This document shows, in pieces, positions 11,676 to 19,421 of a stretch of DNA of 64,000 nucleotides. Each line of letters starts with the position of its first letter. The first letter of the stretch is position 1. The notes under the pieces are model-generated. The model did no database searches. It saw only the letters and a program-made list of their open reading frames with translations, and was not told where the DNA came from. The position numbers and the translations under genes were made by a program. This DNA is from an uncultured delta proteobacterium (GTDB lineage: Bacteria > Myxococcota > Myxococcia > Myxococcales > Anaeromyxobacteraceae), in the NCBI GenBank assembly GCA_963814585.1, contig CAWFDF010000008.1, forward strand, positions 160,001 through 224,000, read 5' to 3'.

Positions 11676-13214
11676 TCATCCCGCCGACGGGTCGAACGGC
11701 GAGACCGGCGCGGGCGGAGGCTCCCTCTTCGGAGGCGGCTCCGGCCTCGGCGGCGCCGGTTCCGTCGTCGGCTCCGTCGTCGGTGACGGCGCCTCCAGCG
11801 CTGGGGGCGCGACGGGCGGCGCTGGCGCCGCTCCAGGAGCCGGAGCCCCCGGCGGGCTCGCGCTCGCGTCCGGTGCGACCGCCGCCGGGGCCTGCACGGC
11901 GTTGGTCGCCGCCGGGGCCAAGTGCGGCACGGCCGGTCGTGCCGTCCAGGCGGGTCGCTCGGGCGGGGGCGGTGGGGCCGGGACCGGTGCCGCCACCGGA
12001 GTCGTGGCCAGCTGGGCGCGCAGGCGCTGGGCCCGCTCATGGTGGGGATTGGCGGCCAGAAGGAGGCCGACGGTCGAGATGGCCTCTTCGCGGCGGCCGG
12101 CCGAGACCTGGGCGCGGGCCAGCACGAAGCGGGCCCGGATCAGCGCCGGATGGGCTGCGGCGAGCGCCACCAGCCGCGGGATGGCCCGGTCCCGCGCCGC
12201 GCCGTCCTGCCGCACGGCGAGCCAGAGCTCGGCCAGGTCGGCCCAGGGATCCGGCCCGGCCTGGCGAAGCCGCGCCGCGGCCGCCTCGACGGCCATCGCG
12301 TTGGAGTCGAGCACCGCGAGCACCGCCTGGCCTCGCGCGGCGGCCCCTTCCTTCGGCGAGGCGGCCACCGCCTCCAGCTCCTCCGCGGCACGGCGCCGGA
12401 GCGCCTCGAGCCTCTGGCGCCGGGGCGCGAGCTCCACCTCGCCCCGCGTGATCTCCATGGCCAGGGCCCGCAGCGCGTCGCCCGCCCCCGGCGGCTGCTC
12501 GCGCTCCAGCCTGGCCTTCTCGGCCGACGCCGCGGCCAGGCGCTCGACGAGCGGCTCGATCTCCTCGGCGTGGGCGGTGGCGAGCAGCGCCCGGGCCAGG
12601 CCCCGATCGCCGTCGGCGTCGCGGGTGGCGCGGTCACCCTGCTGGATGGCGTCCAGCAGGTCCAGCGCGCGGGCCAGGCTGGCGGCGTCGTCCTGCGCGA
12701 TCAGGGCCATCGCCTGGGCCCGCTGCCGCTGGACCTCGGGGTCCGGGAGCCGCCTCCAGGCCGACCAGGCGAGGTAGGCCGCCCCCAGCAGCACCACGGC
12801 GGCCAGCGGCACGATCGCCAGCTTCCACCGGGCCAGGCTCCGCAGGCGGGCATCCATGGCCGAGACCGCATCGCGCGGCGGAGCGCCCGGGCGGCTCGCG
12901 CCGCTGCCAGGGGGACGGCCACGGGCCGGTGGCGTGGCGGAGGGCCGCGGCTTGGGGGGCCGGTAGATGTTGGGGCCGGCCTGAGCGGCGCGTGGCGGCG
13001 GTTCGGAGGGCCTGGCGAAGATCGGCGGGACGGCGGAGGGGGGCTCGGACCGCGCCGGGGGCGGTGGCGCGCCCTGGGGCGCGGCGCCCGGCCTGGGCCG
13101 AGCCACGGTGAAGACCGCCTGGCACCTGGCGCACTGGACCGGCGACCCCTCCGGAGCCAGGAGCGCCTCGTCCAGTTCGTAGAGCGTCGAGCAGCGCTCG
13201 CAACGGATGATCAA
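11676..13214 (-). CDS. zinc-ribbon (MJ0042-type) membrane protein with helical/TPR-like C-terminal part
   Basis: IIRCERCSTLY...VQCARCQAVF, Pro-rich linker, TM segment, TPR-like helices; TTG start inferred. Confidence 0.75.
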   Translation of the reverse strand: MIIRCERCSTLYELDEALLAPEGSPVQCARCQAVFTVARPRPGAAPQGAPPPPARSEPPSAVPPIFARPSEPPPRAAQAGPNIYRPPKPRPSATPPARGRPPGSGASRPGAPPRDAVSAMDARLRSLARWKLAIVPLAAVVLLGAAYLAWSAWRRLPDPEVQRQRAQAMALIAQDDAASLARALDLLDAIQQGDRATRDADGDRGLARALLATAHAEEIEPLVERLAAASAEKARLEREQPPGAGDALRALAMEITRGEVELAPRRQRLEALRRRAAEELEAVAASPKEGAAARGQAVLAVLDSNAMAVEAAAARLRQAGPDPWADLAELWLAVRQDGAARDRAIPRLVALAAAHPALIRARFVLARAQVSAGRREEAISTVGLLLAANPHHERAQRLRAQLATTPVAAPVPAPPPPPERPAWTARPAVPHLAPAATNAVQAPAAVAPDASASPPGAPAPGAAPAPPVAPPALEAPSPTTEPTTEPAPPRPEPPPKREPPPAPVSPFDPSAG

Positions 13215-13292
13215 GAAACGGCCTCCCAGCAGCGGGGAATCCCTCTTTACCCCGGGGCGGCACCGCGGCGCCATGCCGGCGCCGCGGCGGGA

Positions 13293-13697
13293 TCACGGCG
13301 GCGCCACCACCAGCGCGCCCCTCGCCTTCTCCAGCCGCTTCTCACCGATGCCGCCCACCCGGCGCAGGTCCTCGACGTGCTCGAACCGTCCGCGCGACGA
13401 CCGATCGGCCGCCACGGCGACCGCCAGCCGGCGGGAGAGGCCGGGCACGAAGGCCAGCGCCTCGGGGCGGGCGGTGTTCAGGTCGAGCGGCAGCCGAAGC
13501 AGGAGCCGCTCCTCGTCCGCCAGCGGCCGGGAGGCGGCCGTCGGCACCCGGGGGCAGGCCAGCCAGTGGTGCGGGGGCCGGCCCGCCGGCGTGGGCTGGC
13601 ATCCCGGCGGTCGGGGCGCCGGGCGGAGCCAGCGCCGGGCCGGCGCAGCCAGGAGCAAGGGGACGAGGGCGATGACGAGCGCGAGCCGCCGGGCCAT
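13293..13697 (-). CDS. ComEA-like helix-hairpin-helix DNA-binding protein
   Basis: LDLNTARPEALAFVPGLS...GRFEHVEDLRRVGGIGEK. Confidence 0.8.
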   Translation of the reverse strand: MARRLALVIALVPLLLAAPARRWLRPAPRPPGCQPTPAGRPPHHWLACPRVPTAASRPLADEERLLLRLPLDLNTARPEALAFVPGLSRRLAVAVAADRSSRGRFEHVEDLRRVGGIGEKRLEKARGALVVAPP

Positions 13698-13824
13698 GCG
13701 CTGCCAAGGAGCAAGAACCGGGCGAGCCCGGGTGCGCTCACCTGGCGGTGGCCACCGGGCCGGAAACGTGGTTACTTCTTGCCCCCAAAAGCGACCATTC
13801 CCCGCCCGGAACGGAGGCCAGTCC

Positions 13825-15216
13825 ATGATCACCGTCGAGAAGATCGGCGGCACCTCGATGTCGCACTTCGAGGACGTCATCAAGAACATCATGCTGCGGG
13901 ACCCGAAGCACGTCTTCGGCCGGGTCTACGTGGTCTCGGCCTACGCCGGGGTGACCAACCAGCTGCTCGAGCACAAGAAGACCGGCGAGCAGGGCGTGTA
14001 CGCCAGGTTCGCGGCCGGCGGCGACTACGCCGGCGCGCTGGACGCCCTCACCGGCAAGCTGAAGGAGATCAACCGGGGGCTGGCGGCGATCGGCCTGCCG
14101 CTGGCCGTGGCCGACGGCTTCATCTCGCAGCGCATGTCGGTGCTCAAGGAGTACCTGGACTCGATGCGCCACGTGCTGGCCTCGGGCTACCTGAAGCGCG
14201 AGAACGTGCTGCTGGCCGGGCGGGAGATGCTGGCCGCCATCGGCGAGGCCCACTCCGCCTTCAACAGCGTGGAGATCCTGAAGGCCAAGGGCATCCCGGC
14301 GCTCCTGCTCGACCTCTCCGGCTTCGACGACGACGAGCCGCTCACCATCGACGAGCGGATCCACGAGTCGTTCAAGGGCGTGGACCTGGCGCGCCAGGTG
14401 GTGGTGGTGACCGGCTACACCAAGGGCGTCGAGGGGATCATGCGGGAGTTCGACCGCGGCTACTCCGAGGTCACCTTCAGCAAGGTGGCGGTGGAGCTCA
14501 AGGCCGACGAGGCGGTCATCCACAAGGAGTTCCACCTCTCCTCGGCCGACCCGGAGATCGTGGGCGCCGGCAACACCGTGGTGGTCGGCAACACCAACTA
14601 CGACGTGGCCGACCAGCTGGCCGACGTGGGCATGGAGGCCATCCACCCCAAGGCCGCCAAGCCCATGGAGCTGGCCAGCATCTCCATCCGCCTCAAGAAC
14701 ACCTTCGAGCCGGACCACCCGGGCACGCTCATCACCAAGGACTACGTGGGCAAGCAGGCCCGCATCGAGGTCATCGCCGGCACGCCCAAGGTGACCATCG
14801 TCGAGATCCACGACCCCAGCATGGTGGGCACGGTGGGCTTCGACCTCGGCCTCATGCAGATCTTCCAGCGCCACGGCGTCTCGTACATCCTCAAGGCCAC
14901 CAACGCCAACTCGATCACCCACGTGGTCTGGGAGAAGTCGGCGACGCCGAGCTTCGTCGAGGAGCTGGAGAACACCTACGAGGTGGTCTCGGTGGTGCCG
15001 GCGGCGGTGGTCTGCGTCATCGGCTCCAACATCGCCATCCCCGGCGTGCTGGCGCGGGCGGCCCAGGTGCTGGCCGACGGGAAGATCAACGTCAACTGCG
15101 TGTCGCAGTCGCTGCGGCAGATCAACATGCAGTTCGTCATCGACCGGGCCGACTACAAGAAGGCCATCGCGGCGCTCAACAAGGCGCTCTGCCTGGAGCC
15201 GATCCGGGCGGCCTGA
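13825..15216 (+). CDS. aspartate kinase (Ask_Ect-like subtype) with C-terminal ACT domains
   Basis: TVEKIGGTSMS, VVSAYAGVTNQLLEHKK, FDRGYSEVTFS, HKEFHLSSADP, GMEAIHPKAAK. Confidence 0.9.
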   Translation: MITVEKIGGTSMSHFEDVIKNIMLRDPKHVFGRVYVVSAYAGVTNQLLEHKKTGEQGVYARFAAGGDYAGALDALTGKLKEINRGLAAIGLPLAVADGFISQRMSVLKEYLDSMRHVLASGYLKRENVLLAGREMLAAIGEAHSAFNSVEILKAKGIPALLLDLSGFDDDEPLTIDERIHESFKGVDLARQVVVVTGYTKGVEGIMREFDRGYSEVTFSKVAVELKADEAVIHKEFHLSSADPEIVGAGNTVVVGNTNYDVADQLADVGMEAIHPKAAKPMELASISIRLKNTFEPDHPGTLITKDYVGKQARIEVIAGTPKVTIVEIHDPSMVGTVGFDLGLMQIFQRHGVSYILKATNANSITHVVWEKSATPSFVEELENTYEVVSVVPAAVVCVIGSNIAIPGVLARAAQVLADGKINVNCVSQSLRQINMQFVIDRADYKKAIAALNKALCLEPIRAA

Positions 15217-15345
15217 GCGCGGACCGGCGGCCGGGGAGACCGTGAGACGGGGCGACCGGCCGGGGGCGACCGTGCGTCCGCGGCGCGACCGGGCGATCGG
15301 TCGCCTCCCCGGGTCGTGGTGGGCGCCACCCCTACATCCATGAAT

Positions 15346-15374
15346 TTGCAGGGTGCTTTCCGAGGTGCTAGATC
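15346..15374 (+). promoter_or_regulatory. putative sigma70 promoter of the lipoprotein/RiPP operon
   Basis: TTGCAG-N17-TAGATC with an extended -10 TG, in an AT-richer patch; AAGGAG SD before ATG 15425. Confidence 0.45.
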
Positions 15375-15378
15375 TCAC

Positions 15379-15392
15379 TTGACGCGGCGCAA
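15379..15392. promoter_or_regulatory. Fnr/Crp-like palindromic box
   Basis: TTGAC-GCGG-CGCAA versus consensus TTGAT-N4-ATCAA. Confidence 0.35.
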
Positions 15393-15424
15393 GCAGCCCG
15401 GCGCCCGGCCAAGGAGAAGCCCCG

Positions 15425-16464
15425 ATGCGCCGATCCGCCCTCCACGCACTGACCGTCACCGCGCTGATCGGCCTGGCCGCCTGCGGTGAGGCACCTCCGG
15501 TCGAGGCGACATCGGCCGATATCGCCGCGCCCGGGCCGGGACTCCAGCAGGTCTCCTTCACCGGCGTCGGCGACCCGGCGACAGGCCGGCTCCAGATCTT
15601 CATGGGACCGCAGGCGTCCATCGGCACCATCACCGAGGACAAGGACGGCAGCGCCGCCACGGTGACCGCCGACACGGCGCAGGTCTATGGCCCAACGCGG
15701 TCACCTTCATCGCCACGGGCGGCGTCGGGCTATCCGGCCGGTTGCAGCAACACGGCCGCCCTAGGCATGGTCGCCAACGTCGAGGTCTTCTCCGGCTTCA
15801 AGGAGCAGCTCCGCAACGTCTACGCCCGGATCACCAGCGTGAGCGGCGGCCAGACCTTCTGCACCAGGGCGACGCCCGGCGGCCATCGCGCCGCCCGCTC
15901 GGCACCTACTCCGGGCTCTACTTCTACCAGCCGCTCAACAGCTGGCACGTCCCCGAGCGCCATCAAGCGGTCCGGTCCAGTGGGCCCTGAACCTGCCCGA
16001 CAATGGCGCCCTTCTGGTTCAGCGGCGACGCTCTGCGCCGAGGTCATCCCGGCGCCGCCCGACCTGCGTCGCGCCGGCGGACAACCTCGTCATCCAATCT
16101 GCCACGCACAAGCCCCAGCGTCACCTTCTCCTGGACCAACGATCCGCGGGCCGACGGAGGGACCTCGGGCGAACGGCTATCGCCGTGGCGCGCCCGAGCG
16201 GCGGCGCCTACCTGACCGCTACGCAATGCGGGAGCGCCGGGACTGCTGCCGCGCCCATCGCCTTCGATCCGGAGCTCTGCCGTCGCGACGACCTACTACA
16301 CCCACGGACCCTTCAACCGGAGAACCACAAGCTACAGGGCTCGCTACGCCAGGGGATTCTGGTACCAGTGGACACTCCAGAGCGCCTTCCTCTTGCCCGG
16401 AGCGAGGACCACCCGGACTCTTGGAAGCACGTTCATGACCCGCCACTTCGCCGTCGTCCAGTAG
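15425..16464 (+). CDS. secreted lipoprotein of unknown function, multiple frameshifts (sequencing error or pseudogene)
   Basis: Lipobox GLAAC; protein-like segments continue across frames (VEVFSGFKEQLRNVYARITS, YSGLYFYQPL, VQWALNLPDN, PFWFSG, VTFSWTNDP, FWYQWTLQS) to TAG 16462-16464. Confidence 0.6.
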
Positions 16465-16481
16465 GCCTTGGGTCAGCCCCC

Positions 16482-16659
16482 ATGAACAACTCAATCACGC
16501 TTACGACGCCTGCCCCTCCCAGCCGGCCACCCCCGCGCCGTGCCCCTACGAGTCGCCCCGCCTCACCGGCAAGCGCGTCACTCGATCGGGTGACGCTCCT
16601 CAGCAGCGCGTCTCTGCGCGCCGAGCGACCCGCGTCCTGCACATATCGGTCACCTGTAG
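16482..16659 (+). CDS. putative RiPP precursor peptide (frameshifted in this assembly)
   Basis: ATG 16482; PYESPRLTGKR (TAC at 16547) matches the YxxPxL RRE-binding leader motif; LDRVTLLSS from 16581; LCAPSDP...IGHL-TAG (16657-16659); segments lie in three frames. Confidence 0.6.
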
Positions 16660-17662
16660 TGCCGCTGAGGACCGCTCCCGCTCGCGCTCGCCGCTCGCCG
16701 CGGCCCTGCTGGCCTGCGCCGCGGATCCCGCCCCCGCCCTGCCCCTGCCCCGACGGCTACCCGGCCACCGCGACGCGCCCGGCCGGCTGCAGCCCCGGAC
16801 GTCGACTGGCTCGCCTTCGCCTTCACCAGGCCAGGGCACGCTCGACGCCGGCCGTCTTCATCGGCAAGCCGGACGGCAGCTGCGCCCAGCGCCTCACCAC
16901 CGACGCGCGCCTACTACGGCGACCCGGCCTTCTTCCCGGGCGGCAAGAAGCTGGTCTACGCCAGCACCAGGAGCGGCCTGAACCAGCTCTACGTCCGCGA
17001 CCTGGTGACCGGCGCGGAGACCCGACTCGACACCACCTACACCTTCGCGCCGCCGACCGGCCACCGCGGACACGCTGACCGCCGCCATGCCGTCGGTCTC
17101 GCCGGACGGCGCCACCATCGCCTTCGAGGGAAGCCTGGCCGCCTACCCGGGCTGGAGCGACGTCTTCACGGTTCCGGTCGTCGGGCGGCGACGTGGCGCG
17201 GGTGACGCACGATCCGGCCGCGGCCACCAGCCCCAGGTGGTCGCCTGACGGGGCGCTCCTCTACTACCTCTCCTACCAGACGGGCGCCGAGGAGCTCTTC
17301 TCGGTCCAGCCGGACGGCACCGCCGAGGTGACCCGGATCACCACCGGCTCTGCGCTCTCCAGCCGGTTCGACGTCTCCGGCGACGGCCGGCGCTGGTCTA
17401 CGCCCGCCACTCGACGACCGGCGCCGGCCCCCAGCCGACCGAGCTGGTCGCCTACGACCTCGCCACCGCGCCGGTGCGCGTCATCTCCTCGGCCAACGAG
17501 GCCGACCCGGCGGTGGACGCAGCGAACACCTCGGTGGCCGTCTCCCGCCGCAACGCCGCCAGCGGCTACGACCTCTTCCTGCTCGACTACGCCAGCGGCG
17601 CGGTGAAGCGGCAGCTCACCAGCTGCCCCGGCCAGGCCTTCGGCGCCGCCTTCGCCCGTTGA
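16659..17662 (+). CDS. TolB-like/PD40 beta-propeller lipoprotein, multiple frameshifts
   Basis: GTG overlapping the precursor TAG; lipobox ALLAC; PD40 repeats YYGDPAFFPGGKKLVYASTRSG, MPSVSPDGATIAFEG, SPRWSPDGALLYYLS, FDVSGDG. Confidence 0.7.
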
Positions 17663-18372
17663 CCGGCGCGGCCCCGCTCTTCCGGCTCCGCCAGGCCGCC
17701 CGCGGCCTGGCGCTGCGCGCCCTCCTGCCTCTCATGGTGAAGCAGCGGGCGCTCCCCGACCTGCTGGCCCGGCTCGACCTGCCGAGGGAGCCCGGCGCGC
17801 CACCGGGCGACGGCCAGCGCCGGCTGGCCGAGCGGCTCTTCCAGCCGCTCCGCTTCTGGCCCACCACCTGCCTCTACCGGGCGCTGGGGAGCTACGCCCT
17901 CCTGCGCGCCGCCGGGCAGGAGGTCCGGTTCGTCATCGGCGTCTCCAGGGCCGGCGGGGAGCTGGTGGCGCACGCCTGGCTGGAGCGCGACGGCCGGGCC
18001 ATCATCGACCGGCCCGGCCCCGGCGAGGGCTACGCGGTGGCCTACGCCTGGCCGGCCGACCCGGCTATGCTGCCGGCGCCGAGGGGGAACGCCAGCGTGC
18101 CCGGGATCAGCTGCAGCGACGACGCCGTGCTCACCGAGCTCCAGGACGGCACCGGCGTGCTGCTCCACCTCCAGACCCGCTTCTACTTCACGCTCAACCC
18201 CAGCGGCGTGCAGGCCTGGAAGCTGATCGGCGCCGGCGCCCGGGACGCCGCCGAGCTGGCGCGGCGGCTGGCCGCCGCCTTCCCGGACGCCGACCCGGTG
18301 AAGGTCCGGGCCGACGTCGACGCGCTGCTGGCCGACCTGGTGCGCGAGTCCCTGGTCGTCGTCCGGGGCTGA
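17659..18372 (+). CDS. lasso-peptide B2-type leader peptidase (Transglut_core3) fused to a C-terminal PqqD/RRE domain
   Basis: TCLYRAL...VRFVIGV...VAHAWLE (Cys/His) followed by VLTELQDGTGVLLHLQTRFYFTLNPSGVQAWKLI...DVDALLADLVRESLV. Confidence 0.85.
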   Translation: MTGAAPLFRLRQAARGLALRALLPLMVKQRALPDLLARLDLPREPGAPPGDGQRRLAERLFQPLRFWPTTCLYRALGSYALLRAAGQEVRFVIGVSRAGGELVAHAWLERDGRAIIDRPGPGEGYAVAYAWPADPAMLPAPRGNASVPGISCSDDAVLTELQDGTGVLLHLQTRFYFTLNPSGVQAWKLIGAGARDAAELARRLAAAFPDADPVKVRADVDALLADLVRESLVVVRG

Positions 18373-18379
18373 GCCGACC

Positions 18380-19327
18380 GTGCCGGCCTTCGCGCTCCAC
18401 CACCTGACGGTCAAGACCGTCTCCGCGCTGGACGTCGATCCCGGGGCGCTGCTGCTGGCCGGCTTCCCCCCGTCCGAGGACTGGCGCCGCCCCGCGCTCA
18501 CCATCGCCTTCGAGGCGGCCACCGGGCCGCTGCCGCCGCCGCGGGGTCCGGCCTTCTTCGAGCACGGCGACGTCTCCGTCCACCTCGACGGCGGCGTGGC
18601 GGTCGTCTCCGGGCCGGGCACCCGGCTGCGGGTCTCGGAGCGTGGCGAGCGGATCGACGGCCTGCTGGTCCCGGCCGCCGCCGGCGAGCCCCGCGAGGTG
18701 GCCGAGATCGACCTGATGCTGGCGCTGACGCTGGCGCTCCGCTCGCACGGCCTGGTCCACCTGCACGCCGCCGCCACGGTGTCGCCCTCCGGCCAGGTGC
18801 TGCTCATCACCGGGACGGGCGGCGCCGGCAAGAGCACGCTGGCCGCGGCGCTGGTGGCCGCCGGCCACGGCTACCTCGGCGACGACGTGGTCCTGGTCGC
18901 GCCCGGCGGCGCCCTGCTGGCCTTCCCCCGCCCCTTCCACCTCTCCCCGGCGTCGGCGCGCGCGGTGGGCGTCGAGGCCGGCCCGACGCGTCCCCGGACC
19001 GGCAAGGGCGACCTCGACGCCGGTGCCGCCTTCCCCGGCCGCTTCCGCTGGTTCGCCCCGGCGCCCGACCTGGTGCTGATGCCGCGCGTGGCCAGCCAGC
19101 CGTCCACGGCGCTGGAGCCGTCCACCCGGGCCGAGGGGCTCGGCGCGCTCCTCTCGCTCAGCGCCTTCGCCGCCTCGGCGCTCCCCGGGGCCGCCGAGCA
19201 GCGGGCCCGGCTGGCCTCGGTGATGGACGGGGCCCGCCCGGTGAGCCTGGCGCTGGGGCGCGACCTGCTCGACGACGCCGCCAGGACGGTGGCCCGGCTC
19301 GAGGCGGCGCTGGCCCGGAAGGAGTAG
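18380..19327 (+). CDS. HPr kinase-related P-loop kinase (RiPP peptide kinase type)
   Basis: HLHAAA, Walker A GTGGAGKST, YLGDDVV, LLAFPRPFHL. Confidence 0.8.
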   Translation: MPAFALHHLTVKTVSALDVDPGALLLAGFPPSEDWRRPALTIAFEAATGPLPPPRGPAFFEHGDVSVHLDGGVAVVSGPGTRLRVSERGERIDGLLVPAAAGEPREVAEIDLMLALTLALRSHGLVHLHAAATVSPSGQVLLITGTGGAGKSTLAAALVAAGHGYLGDDVVLVAPGGALLAFPRPFHLSPASARAVGVEAGPTRPRTGKGDLDAGAAFPGRFRWFAPAPDLVLMPRVASQPSTALEPSTRAEGLGALLSLSAFAASALPGAAEQRARLASVMDGARPVSLALGRDLLDDAARTVARLEAALARKE

Positions 19328-19421
19328 GCGGCCGGCTCCGGCTCGACGTCGCCCGGCCGGCGCGGCCCCGAGTCGCACGCACCCAGGGTCACACGCACCT
19401 CCCGGCCCCGGTGGCGCCCTG

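Noticed and set aside
8573..15245. Very long ORFs antisense or out of frame to real genes (e.g. 8573-11659, 11922-15245; also 21988-27099, 47389-50430, 56058-60182)
   Set aside because: High-GC shadow ORFs, or N-terminal over-extensions of real genes; Arg/Pro/Gly-rich with no motifs outside the annotated parts.
17659..19327. Calling the locus a complete lasso peptide cluster
   Set aside because: No asparagine-synthetase-like cyclase in the operon or window, and the core sequence is too uncertain to confirm a ring-forming acceptor.
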